A DNA stretch of 64,000 nt from a virus (IMGVR_UViG_3300023174_000084:1-64000), one strand, 5' to 3'. Numbered from the stretch's first letter, positions 27,851-35,347 are shown. Notes: a model not told the origin generated them from the sequence alone. Numbers and translations: made by a program.

Positions 27851-28161
27851 TAACCTGTAATTAGTGTTTTGGTTGGGGGTACCACAAGACCTGAACCAAA
27901 AATTGAATTATAATTATTAATAAAGTCTTGTGCCGGAACATAGGAGTATACTACATTCTTCTTGTTCAAGGCAACCGTGGCACCAGTCTTTTGTTCGGCA
28001 TGAATGGGAAATGGTGCAAATCCGACATTGGGTTGGCCATCTTTACCACGCACAATGGCGATACCTACAGCATTTACCAGAACAAATTCGGTTTCGGATT
28101 CCGATTCAATTTCACCCAAAACTTCTTCTCCGGTTACTAATTTTAACGTTAATACTTTCAT
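27850..28161 (-). CDS. Sm-like fold hypothetical protein
   Basis: LKLVTGEEVLG N-terminus, Y..IFGSGLVVP C-terminus. Confidence 0.6.
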   Translation of the reverse strand: MKVLTLKLVTGEEVLGEIESESETEFVLVNAVGIAIVRGKDGQPNVGFAPFPIHAEQKTGATVALNKKNVVYSYVPAQDFINNYNSIFGSGLVVPPTKTLITG

Positions 28162-28203
28162 TTATTATCTCCAATGACTAAATAACTATGTAGTTGAATT
28201 GAA

Positions 28204-28232
28204 ATTATATCTAATTTATCTCTCCGTGTCAA
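28204..28232 (-). promoter_or_regulatory. sigma70-type promoter for the gp43 operon
   Basis: TTGACA-17-TATAAT, exact consensus. Confidence 0.85.
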
Positions 28233-28285
28233 CCTGACATTTGGTATTCTTTATTATCCCTATTAACACAACCAAAAGAAATCAA

Positions 28286-28729
28286 ATGTCCGATCCATTT
28301 GTTGCTGGCGCTCAAGGTGCCGCTAATACCCTCAAAGCTGCTCAAGGTGCAGGCAAACAATTAGGCTCTGTGGTTAGTGACCAACAGGCCGATATGGAAA
28401 AAGCTGTTCAACAACAGCATGCCCAAAGAATGAAAGCCAAAGCCGAACGAGAATACTTAGCCACAATGGCAGAGTTTAAGGCTTATGAGAAATATCAAAA
28501 AGAAAAAGCTCATCAACTAAGAATTGACCAGTTAAAACTGGAAGCCATTAAAAAATATGGCAAAACTGCTTGGGCGGAAATTGAAGCCACAAAAGCAAAA
28601 ATGGAAAAAGAAAGAGCTGAAGAATTAAAGTTTATGGATAAAGATAGGCAAAAACAAGTTCAAGTTTTTTGGTGGTGTATGACGGCAGCTGCTTTAGTAA
28701 CATACTTTTTTAAGTTGTATAAATTATAA
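28286..28729 (+). CDS. coiled-coil protein with C-terminal TM anchor
   Basis: likely start MSDPF; ACTAAATA late-promoter-like site at 28177-28184. Confidence 0.65.
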   Translation: MSDPFVAGAQGAANTLKAAQGAGKQLGSVVSDQQADMEKAVQQQHAQRMKAKAEREYLATMAEFKAYEKYQKEKAHQLRIDQLKLEAIKKYGKTAWAEIEATKAKMEKERAEELKFMDKDRQKQVQVFWWCMTAAALVTYFFKLYKL

Positions 28730-28816
28730 ATGAATATGCAACCAATAGTTTTCGTATTAGTCCTTATATTTTGTCTTTCTTTAATGGTAATTGAATCGGG
28801 AGTATTTAAATTATAA
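28730..28816 (+). CDS. 28-aa membrane peptide (not in ORF track)
   Basis: MNMQPIVFVLVLIFCLSLMVIESGVFKL; ATG directly follows the upstream TAA. Confidence 0.55.
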   Translation: MNMQPIVFVLVLIFCLSLMVIESGVFKL

Positions 28817-28833
28817 ACTGAAATGGAGGTATT

Positions 28834-28923
28834 ATGAATAAATTACCGCAATTAATATTTGCGATTGTATTGATTGGCAGTTTAACTCTTATGGCATTAG
28901 AAACTATAGTTAAAATGTCCTAA
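28834..28923 (+). CDS. 29-aa membrane peptide (not in ORF track)
   Basis: MNKLPQLIFAIVLIGSLTLMALETIVKMS; GGAGGT RBS. Confidence 0.6.
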   Translation: MNKLPQLIFAIVLIGSLTLMALETIVKMS

Positions 28924-29015
28924 ATAATTAATGGCAATAATTCATCCAATAGACCTTTGGGTATACTTCATACTCAATCTTTGGTTTTTCCCACACACAC
29001 TTATAAAACACACAA

Positions 29016-29720
29016 ATGAACGAACTAATTTATGTTTTACTGACAACTCATCTAACAATCATCGCCGTAACTCTATATCTACATCGTAGCCAAACTCATC
29101 AAGGTGTTACATTTCATCCAGTAGTAAATAATTTTTTTCGTTTTTGGTTATGGTTAACCACAGGTATGGTTACAAAACAATGGGTAGCCATTCATCGTAA
29201 ACACCATGGTATGACCGACCAAAAAGGTGACCCACATTCACCTCAATTATTTGGTATCTGGAAAGTTTTATTTGGTGGTGCACTATTATATAATACAGCC
29301 AGTAAAGATACTCTAATGGTTAATGCGTTTGGTAGAGGAACACCAGATGATTGGATGGAAAAAAATGTATATAGCAAACACAGTAGATTAGGAATTACTT
29401 TGTTATTACTAATTAATTTACTTTGTTTTTCTTGGTGGGGTTTACTGATTTGGGGTATTCAAATGTTGTGGATACCTTTGTTAGCTGCAGGTGTAATCAA
29501 TGGAATTGGTCACTATTGGGGGTATAGAAATATCGAAACAAGAGAATCATCTAGAAATATTTTCCCTATTGGTCTTATTATTGGTGGCGAAGAGCTTCAC
29601 AATAATCACCATGCTGATGCTGGTTCTGCCAAGCTTAGTAGGAAGTGGTTTGAATTAGATATTGGTTGGTTCTATATTAAATTTTTAGAGAAACTTAAAC
29701 TAGCAACACTCAAGCATTAA
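29016..29720 (+). CDS. membrane fatty-acid (delta-9-type) desaturase
   Basis: three His boxes HRSQTH, HRKHH, HNNHH; DPHSP; DIGW. Confidence 0.92.
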   Translation: MNELIYVLLTTHLTIIAVTLYLHRSQTHQGVTFHPVVNNFFRFWLWLTTGMVTKQWVAIHRKHHGMTDQKGDPHSPQLFGIWKVLFGGALLYNTASKDTLMVNAFGRGTPDDWMEKNVYSKHSRLGITLLLLINLLCFSWWGLLIWGIQMLWIPLLAAGVINGIGHYWGYRNIETRESSRNIFPIGLIIGGEELHNNHHADAGSAKLSRKWFELDIGWFYIKFLEKLKLATLKH

Positions 29721-30033
29721 AAGAAGAACCACAACCACAGGTAGATTTGGCGTTTGGATTACTGATAACGAATTGTGAATTAAATTTTTCTTCTTTATAA
29801 TCCAATGTTGCACCTTGTAGGTACTGAGAAGATATTACATCAACTACTATTTTGATTCCTTCATTCTCAATTACAAAATCATCTTCAGCAATTTCTTCCT
29901 CAAAAGTAAAACCATATTGATAACCAGAACAACCACCACCTTGAACAAACATTCTCAAAGCTCCATTCGGTAGTTTTTCTTCTACCAGTAAATCACGAAC
30001 CTTGTTAATTGCACTTGCAGTTATTGTTATCAT
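29710..30033 (-). CDS. erpA: A-type Fe-S carrier (ErpA/IscA family)
   Basis: GGGCSG.QYGF, GATLDY, NPNA..TCGCGSSF. Confidence 0.9.
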   Translation of the reverse strand: MITITASAINKVRDLLVEEKLPNGALRMFVQGGGCSGYQYGFTFEEEIAEDDFVIENEGIKIVVDVISSQYLQGATLDYKEEKFNSQFVISNPNAKSTCGCGSSFNA

Positions 30034-30403
30034 GTTTTCCTTTGTAATCGTTTATTGCAGCCTTAATAGCGTCTTCCGCAAGGATTGAACAATGAATCTT
30101 AACTGGCGGGAGTGAGAGTTCTTCTGCAATTTGAGTGTTCTTAATTGATGCAGCCTCGTCCAATGTTTTACCTTTGACCCATTCCGTGACAAGCGAACTA
30201 CTTGCAATGGCTGAACCACAGCCGTATGTTTTGAATTTTGCATCTCTAATAATTCCATCTTCTACTCGTATTTGTAGTTTCATAACATCACCACATGCTG
30301 GTGCACCAACCATACCGGTACCAACATTAACATCACCTGAATCTAATTTTCCTACATTGCGAGGATTTTCATAGTGGTCTATAACTTTATCTGAATATGC
30401 CAT
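30005..30403 (-). CDS. iscU: Fe-S cluster scaffold IscU
   Basis: MAYSDKVIDHYENPRNVG, GAPACGDVM, GCGSAIASSS, LPPVKIHCS. Confidence 0.96.
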   Translation of the reverse strand: MAYSDKVIDHYENPRNVGKLDSGDVNVGTGMVGAPACGDVMKLQIRVEDGIIRDAKFKTYGCGSAIASSSLVTEWVKGKTLDEAASIKNTQIAEELSLPPVKIHCSILAEDAIKAAINDYKGKHDNNNCKCN

Positions 30404-30565
30404 TTATTTTTTTTGTTGTTTTTCTATTCGTTTAAATTCTTCATCTTCAGCAATAGCATCATCAATATCTTTTGGTTCGGGTGGTTGAGCACCAGTGCAT
30501 GAACCGCCATTATTGAACCATAACTCCATAGCCTTCTTACGATATTCCTCTAAATCAGAAGTCAT
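30404..30565 (-). CDS. 53-aa hypothetical protein (not in ORF track)
   Basis: MTSDLEEYRKKAMELWF...; abuts the iscU ATG. Confidence 0.55.
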   Translation of the reverse strand: MTSDLEEYRKKAMELWFNNGGSCTGAQPPEPKDIDDAIAEDEEFKRIEKQQKK

Positions 30566-30702
30566 CTACCTCTACCTGCCTTTCGCATGACATTTGTTTT
30601 AGGAGTAAAGTTTTGTTTTGGTTTTGGGGTATTTAAAGGTTTAAGATTACGAACTCGTTTGAGTTGTTCTTCGTGAAATTTTTTAGATGTATCGTCACTC
30701 AT
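30562..30702 (-). CDS. 46-aa basic hypothetical protein (not in ORF track)
   Basis: AAGGAG RBS; ends MRKAGRGR; ATGA overlap with the next gene. Confidence 0.55.
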   Translation of the reverse strand: MSDDTSKKFHEEQLKRVRNLKPLNTPKPKQNFTPKTNVMRKAGRGR

Positions 30703-30715
30703 ATATTCTCCTTAT

Positions 30716-30790
30716 TGGTTGCGGGGGAAGGAATCGAACCTACGGCCCCTGGATTATGAGTCCAATGCTCTACCTCTGAGCTACCCCGCT
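30716..30790 (-). tRNA. tRNA-Met(CAT), initiator-like
   Basis: cloverleaf with encoded CCA, CTCATAA loop, unpaired A1:A72. Confidence 0.85.
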
Positions 30791-30878
30791 ACGGATATTT
30801 ATTTGTAAAACTAAAATCACTTTTTTGGATTTTGAAATCGCCGGAAAAAATTTCGGAGGCTCCGACTGTCCAACCTTT

Positions 30879-31115
30879 TTAGTAAATCCAGACTACTTCT
30901 GTAATAGGTACGACATAAGTTTCGTTTTCAATTTTTACAGCTTTGTTCCAATTAACTAATACTGTATCACCAACATTGACCTCGTCAACTTTATTACCAA
31001 TGGCAATGACTTCTGCTTTATCAGGTTCATCGGCTGATTTAAGAATAATGCCAGAATGAGTAGCCTTTTCAGCTGCAACACGAATTACAATAATATTATC
31101 TCTAGTTGGTTTCAT
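30879..31115 (-). CDS. groES: GroES-like co-chaperonin
   Basis: MKP.RD.I.V, T.SGIIL, AEVIAIG, V.VGDTV. Confidence 0.85.
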   Translation of the reverse strand: MKPTRDNIIVIRVAAEKATHSGIILKSADEPDKAEVIAIGNKVDEVNVGDTVLVNWNKAVKIENETYVVPITEVVWIY

Positions 31116-31131
31116 AATTTACCTTTTAAAA

Positions 31132-31207
31132 TGGTGCCCTCACCATGATTCGAACACGGGACCTACTGATTACAAATCAGTTGCTCTACCGGCTGAGCTA
31201 TAAGGGC
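31132..31207 (-). tRNA. tRNA-Thr(TGT)
   Basis: canonical 76-nt cloverleaf, loop TTTGTAA, TTCGAAT T-loop, CCA. Confidence 0.9.
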
Positions 31208-31208
31208 A

Positions 31209-31373
31209 TTATACTGATTTTCTTGCGATTGCGTTTTTAATTTTTGCTTTGATTTTTGGCTTACTCGTTTCATCTAACATCTTCGTTAGTTGAGCAATGT
31301 TTAGTGGACCTAATCTTGGTTTGCCATTTTTAGTCAACATTGGATTTTTCTTTTTAAATTTTGAAACTGCCAT
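31209..31373 (-). CDS. 54-aa highly basic protein (not in ORF track)
   Basis: MAVSKFKKKNPMLTKNGKPRLGPLN...; AAGGA RBS; lies between two tRNA genes. Confidence 0.6.
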   Translation of the reverse strand: MAVSKFKKKNPMLTKNGKPRLGPLNIAQLTKMLDETSKPKIKAKIKNAIARKSV

Positions 31374-31390
31374 GATATAGTCCTTGAAAG

Positions 31391-31460
31391 TGGAGCGGTG
31401 GTCTAGATTTGCACTAGATGAGTAAGTTGGACACCTACTCTGGTTCTATACCCCGACCGC
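31391..31460 (-). ncRNA. non-canonical tRNA-Gly(TCC)-like RNA
   Basis: GCGGT/ACCGC acceptor stem plus U73 and CCA, 7-bp stem with TGTCCAA loop, TCTAG/CTAGA T-stem with TGCAAAT loop, 3-bp D-arm. Confidence 0.75.
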
Positions 31461-31468
31461 ATAATGAA

Positions 31469-31497
31469 ATTATAACATTATATAGGTTGATTGTCAA
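31469..31497 (-). promoter_or_regulatory. sigma70 promoter driving the tRNA-Gly-like RNA
   Basis: TTGACA-17-TATAAT with TGn extension; -10 box ends 8 nt before the RNA 5' end. Confidence 0.88.
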
Positions 31498-32014
31498 TAG
31501 CTATTTGTGGTATATTTCGCCAAGCAATTGGTTCTGGTGTTAATGGTGCATCCGGATTACGAACATCACTAAACACTTCCCATAATTTTTCTTTAATAGC
31601 AAACTTGGTAAATAAACCCGATGATAAACCAAAAGCTTCAACTTCCCATGGTTCATCATAATAATTTAAATTTTCTGTAATTCTTTGGCCACGCCAACGG
31701 GTGCCATACTCATTCATTTCATTATAGGCATATTGTTTAACATGAACCATTTCATGGGCTAATGTTTCCAATATGTCATGTGAACCTATAATAGGATTCA
31801 ATTCTATTTGAAATTCTCTAGGTTTATTACTTTCGTTATAATTTAACACATCAGCATAACCTAAAACATCCAACTTTGAGTCAAACTTGATCCGAACATA
31901 AATGTTTTCCAACATTTTCGGTGTCATTAATTGTTCAGCATAAAAAAGAGCAGCTTTCTTCACAAAAGGGCGAAAGCGCTTTTTATCGGGACATCCGATT
32001 ATACTGAGCTGCAT
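31478..32014 (-). CDS. zinc metallopeptidase-like protein
   Basis: TLAHEMVHVKQ plus PWEVEA. Confidence 0.75.
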   Translation of the reverse strand: MQLSIIGCPDKKRFRPFVKKAALFYAEQLMTPKMLENIYVRIKFDSKLDVLGYADVLNYNESNKPREFQIELNPIIGSHDILETLAHEMVHVKQYAYNEMNEYGTRWRGQRITENLNYYDEPWEVEAFGLSSGLFTKFAIKEKLWEVFSDVRNPDAPLTPEPIAWRNIPQIAIDNQPI

Positions 32015-32069
32015 CTGAGGTTTCTCCTAATGAAAAACAACCAATACTTCTCAAATATTTAGGTGCTCT

Positions 32070-32516
32070 CTAGATTTCACCAGGTGAAATTTGTTCTACT
32101 TGAACACCACATTTGTTTAAGAAGTTTATGCCGATGGTATCTCGGTAAGAATTACGGTAATATACTTTTTTGATACCAGCGGTATAAACTTGTTTCGCAC
32201 AATGAATACACGGTGCATGGGTTAGGAACATTGTGGAACCATCTCCAGATTCACTGCCTTTGGCCAGTTTAGCGATAGCATTAGCCTCTGCGTGGATGAC
32301 TTCATCCTTGGTTTTGGTGATAGTACCGCCATCTTCTAGGTATTCTATTACTTCTTCACATTCATTGGTCCATCCGGCAGGCATGCCATTATAACCAATG
32401 GATATAATCCTATCATCTTTGACAATGATAGCGCCTACTTGTAATCGTTTTGCGGATGATAATTTGGAGAATCTTTCCGCCACATCCATATAAGCATTAA
32501 TAAATTTTTGTTTCAT
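32070..32516 (-). CDS. cd: dCMP deaminase
   Basis: VGAIIV, GYNG.P, HAEANAI, PCIHCAK. Confidence 0.92.
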   Translation of the reverse strand: MKQKFINAYMDVAERFSKLSSAKRLQVGAIIVKDDRIISIGYNGMPAGWTNECEEVIEYLEDGGTITKTKDEVIHAEANAIAKLAKGSESGDGSTMFLTHAPCIHCAKQVYTAGIKKVYYRNSYRDTIGINFLNKCGVQVEQISPGEI

Positions 32517-32520
32517 ATTT

Positions 32521-32597
32521 TGGTGGGCCTTGTAGGACTCGAACCTACGACCAAAGGATTATGAGTCCTCTGCTCTAACCAACTGAGCTAAAGGCCC
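32521..32597 (-). tRNA. tRNA with CAT anticodon, probably Ile2 (lysidine type)
   Basis: GGGCCTT acceptor and GGTTAGAGC D-arm resemble bacterial Ile2; encoded CCA. Confidence 0.8.
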
Positions 32598-32604
32598 CTT
32601 TGGT

Positions 32605-32775
32605 TTACCAAGATCCGTTATCAAACCATATTCGTATAGTGATAGGCAATAATTCTAAAACAAATGCATCTGTTTCCCAAACTTCATTTGTTTTATTATA
32701 GGCACAGTTAATACGCCAGTGAAATGGATTTAATTTGATTGTAATATTACAACCAGAATATTTTAACCAATTCAT
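32605..32775 (-). CDS. 56-aa hypothetical protein (not in ORF track)
   Basis: MNWLKYSGCNITIKLNPFHW...DNGSW; ATGA coupling. Confidence 0.55.
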   Translation of the reverse strand: MNWLKYSGCNITIKLNPFHWRINCAYNKTNEVWETDAFVLELLPITIRIWFDNGSW

Positions 32776-33002
32776 TTAAATATTTCCAATGTAGGATCTG
32801 GAATATTAAATTGTCCACGAATATATTTGTCTTTTAACATTTCAGGAATAGTGAGGTATGGTTCTTGTAAAATAAATGGACAAGGTCCACTCCACTTGTT
32901 ATTGGCCAAAAATGATTTGAACAATTCAACATCTTTTTTATTCTTTGGATCAAAAGTTCTTTTTTGATTATGAAGTAATTGATAATTTGTAAGAATGGTC
33001 AT
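32772..33002 (-). CDS. hypothetical protein
   Basis: FDP.NK.D, W...CPF.L..PY..IP pattern. Confidence 0.65.
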   Translation of the reverse strand: MTILTNYQLLHNQKRTFDPKNKKDVELFKSFLANNKWSGPCPFILQEPYLTIPEMLKDKYIRGQFNIPDPTLEIFK

Positions 33003-33199
33003 TTCACATACTCCATGCTATCTTTTTTCATATAATGAACTACTTGATTCTTTTTTGGATCAGGCATTTGCTTTACAACAGCAATAAATTTCTCACCATC
33101 AATTTCTTCAATTGGCCAATTCGAATAAGTATAGTAGATATCCGTGCCATTTCTGGCACGAACTTTTTTGAGAACGGATTTAGATTTCACATTTTTCAT
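32999..33199 (-). CDS. hypothetical protein
   Basis: first gene after a consensus promoter. Confidence 0.6.
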   Translation of the reverse strand: MKNVKSKSVLKKVRARNGTDIYYTYSNWPIEEIDGEKFIAVVKQMPDPKKNQVVHYMKKDSMEYVK

Positions 33200-33205
33200 A
33201 ATATA

Positions 33206-33234
33206 ATTATAACAGATTTATAGGAGGTTGTCAA
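33206..33234 (-). promoter_or_regulatory. sigma70-type promoter
   Basis: TTGACA-17-TATAAT with TGn extension. Confidence 0.85.
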
Positions 33235-33249
33235 GACCTCCTATAATTA

Positions 33250-33324
33250 TTACCGAGGTTTAGTTTTTTGTGGATAATTCAACTGTTCCCATTCCTCATC
33301 GGATACAGGCCACCAGTTACTCAT
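33250..33324 (-). CDS. 24-aa peptide coupled to Hsp20 (not in ORF track)
   Basis: MSNWWPVSDEEWEQLNYPQKTKPR; AAGGA upstream; overlaps the Hsp20 stop. Confidence 0.4.
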   Translation of the reverse strand: MSNWWPVSDEEWEQLNYPQKTKPR

Positions 33325-33781
33325 CTTTCTTTTCCTTGATGGTAATCTTTTTAATGGTATCTTGAGCCTGCACAAGATTTTCCAACCAAACACGCAACAT
33401 ACCATTTACCATTTCGGCTTGACCAATTTCAATCTTGTCAGCCAATGTAAATGAACGTGTAAAGTCACGGTTAGCAATTCCCTTAAATAAGAAATTTTCA
33501 TCTTCTTTAAGTTCATTCTCTTTTGCAGAACCTTTGATGACCAACTTATTACCTTCAAGTGTGATTTCAATATCAGACTTGGCAAAACCAGCAACTGCCA
33601 TTTCAATGACATACTTGTTTTTGCTTACTTGTTTGATATTGTATGGGGGATATGATGGAACATTCTTGGCAACGTTTTTGGTTACTTCTTCAATATCCTT
33701 AAAGAATTTATCGTAACCAACGGTGAATGGATCCAACGATTTATGAAAGTCAAATAGACTTGGTAATAGACTTGTAGTCAT
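33317..33781 (-). CDS. small heat-shock protein Hsp20 (IbpA-like)
   Basis: YPPYNI, IEMAVAGF, KGIA.R.F.RSFTL, A.MVNGML. Confidence 0.93.
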   Translation of the reverse strand: MTTSLLPSLFDFHKSLDPFTVGYDKFFKDIEEVTKNVAKNVPSYPPYNIKQVSKNKYVIEMAVAGFAKSDIEITLEGNKLVIKGSAKENELKEDENFLFKGIANRDFTRSFTLADKIEIGQAEMVNGMLRVWLENLVQAQDTIKKITIKEKKDE

Positions 33782-33842
33782 GCTTAGTTCTCCTTATTTT
33801 AAGCGAGTTAATCAAAAATTGCGGCCTCATTGAGCACCGCAC
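33782..33842 (-). promoter_or_regulatory. ROSE-like RNA thermometer in the hsp20 leader
   Basis: CUCGCUU pairs with the SD AAGGAG with a bulged G; upstream UGCGG..CCGCA hairpin. Confidence 0.65.
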
Positions 33843-33846
33843 CATA

Positions 33847-33875
33847 AGTATATTAGTATTTATACTACTTGTCAA
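33847..33875 (-). promoter_or_regulatory. nested sigma70 and late promoter of hsp20
   Basis: TTGACA-17-TATACT; TATAAATA (33857-33864) lies inside the spacer. Confidence 0.75.
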
Positions 33876-34279
33876 TAGTCCTGAGTTTTTTTACCAATAT
33901 TATATTTTGGTACTAATTGCCAATCGTCCTTCTCTTTATGAGATAATATCTTGATTTGACTAAGGAAAATAGGTGGTGGATTCTCAATCTGTTGTTTTCG
34001 GACAACAGTTACCAGACCCCAATCTTCCAATAGTTTTACTATGGCATTCCTACGGGATAAGTCATTTTCGGTAATATCAGTTGGTTTGCCATCCAAGGCA
34101 AACAATTCTTTAAAGTGGACAATATAGTATTGACCTCTTTTGTGTAGTATATGACACGATTGGAATAGAGTCCTGTCTTTTTTCGAAGCCACACCAATGC
34201 GTGTGAGGGTTTCACGGACTTTGAGGAAATCGTCTTGTTCATTCAAAGTCACTTCAACTAAATCAGTAATGTTAATCAT
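33872..34279 (-). CDS. regA: RegA translational repressor
   Basis: DDFLKVRETLTRIG, QSCHILHK.G.Y.IVHFKELF.LDG, LVPKYNIG. Confidence 0.96.
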   Translation of the reverse strand: MINITDLVEVTLNEQDDFLKVRETLTRIGVASKKDRTLFQSCHILHKRGQYYIVHFKELFALDGKPTDITENDLSRRNAIVKLLEDWGLVTVVRKQQIENPPPIFLSQIKILSHKEKDDWQLVPKYNIGKKTQDY

Positions 34280-34659
34280 GTTCCGCCTTTATCTGTTCTT
34301 CTTTTTATTTCAGCGATTTGTTCATCATTAAGAATACGCAAAGCTTCCTTAGCCTTCTGGTTAGAGTAACCGAAGTAGGTTTTTACACATTCTATGTTTT
34401 TATCGACCTCTGATTTCTGCCACGGTTGAAATTTCCGTTTCATAGGTCTGATGGTATTTAGAAGATACGAATATTGAAGGTCTTTTTCCAACTCCGGGTA
34501 AAGGTTCATCTCATTGGCATATAAAACACAGTCGATATGGTATGACAAGGCTCTATTGACCACAAAGGGTGTGTAGTCTTTGGCATCTATATCATCGTGT
34601 ATTACAGACTTCTTAGTTTGAAGAATAGACGGTATAATTTCTTTGAATAGATCAGGCAT
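34276..34659 (-). CDS. gp62: clamp loader small subunit gp62
   Basis: Y.PFVVNRALS, ANEMN, YFGYS..KA.EAL.IL; synteny. Confidence 0.92.
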   Translation of the reverse strand: MPDLFKEIIPSILQTKKSVIHDDIDAKDYTPFVVNRALSYHIDCVLYANEMNLYPELEKDLQYSYLLNTIRPMKRKFQPWQKSEVDKNIECVKTYFGYSNQKAKEALRILNDEQIAEIKRRTDKGGT

Positions 34660-35347
34660 GATTTATCTTATCAAAATTGCAAGGAGTTAAATCTCCAATA
34701 AAAAATTTATGACAAAAATCAAATAATTCTTTTTCACTTAAATTTGGAAGTGTTTTCATTTCGTAATATTTTTTAAGATTATTATAAATTTTATTTAAAG
34801 GTAATCCCACATAATTTCTATAATGCATACACAAGATATATTCCAATGGCCAAAACCAGCTGGTCTCACAATTCACATTATCCATAATTATTTTAGAAAA
34901 ATTTATATATTCGTATATTGGCAAATTATCCGCATAACTGTCAATTAAAAGTGTATCACATTTTCCAACAAAAGAACGAGCATCAATGTTAATAACATTA
35001 ATCTTTTCCATGATTTCAGGATTAAATTTTTTATGATAGTCTATTACTAATTTATTTGACTCCAATACTGTTATTTTTGTAACATTTTGATTATTCAATA
35101 ACCAATTTTCTCTTAGAGCAAATCCTAATCCTGTGCAAATACAATGCCCTTTAGCCAATTTGAAATGTGAGTATATTTCAAAAACTTCTCTTAAAGATTT
35201 GTCCCAGACCATAAATTGCTGGCCATTTTGTTGCATTATCCAAGTATCTTGAAATTTTTTAATGCTTAATTCATGAATGTCACTTTCAACAATTTGTGGT
35301 TCTTTGAATCCTAAATCATATAAAAAATTTTCATTTAACAAATTCAT
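34652..35347 (-). CDS. putative SAM-dependent methyltransferase-like insert
   Basis: AKG..ICTGLGF, ITVLE, DA, DTLLID; AT-rich; splits gp44 from gp62. Confidence 0.55.
   Translation of the reverse strand: MNLLNENFLYDLGFKEPQIVESDIHELSIKKFQDTWIMQQNGQQFMVWDKSLREVFEIYSHFKLAKGHCICTGLGFALRENWLLNNQNVTKITVLESNKLVIDYHKKFNPEIMEKINVINIDARSFVGKCDTLLIDSYADNLPIYEYINFSKIIMDNVNCETSWFWPLEYILCMHYRNYVGLPLNKIYNNLKKYYEMKTLPNLSEKELFDFCHKFFIGDLTPCNFDKINHA

Noticed and set aside
28931-29089. 52-codon plus-strand ORF (MAIIHPIDLWVYFILNLWFFP...)
   Set aside because: No clear RBS and a 74-nt overlap with the desaturase; too weak to list as a feature.
30879-31115. GroES without GroEL as a novelty
   Set aside because: A lone co-chaperonin is expected in T4-like phages (analogous to gp31).
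31132-31207. tRNA-Tyr(GTA) reading of this tRNA
   Set aside because: The stem ACTGA/TCAGT centres TGT in the 7-nt loop and there is no long variable arm, so it is Thr.
31391-31460. Trp(CCA) or Asp(GTC) reading of the tRNA-like loop, or a simple pseudogene
   Set aside because: TCC is central in the loop, the acceptor stem and U73 are Gly-type, and the well-paired stems plus a perfect promoter argue against decay.
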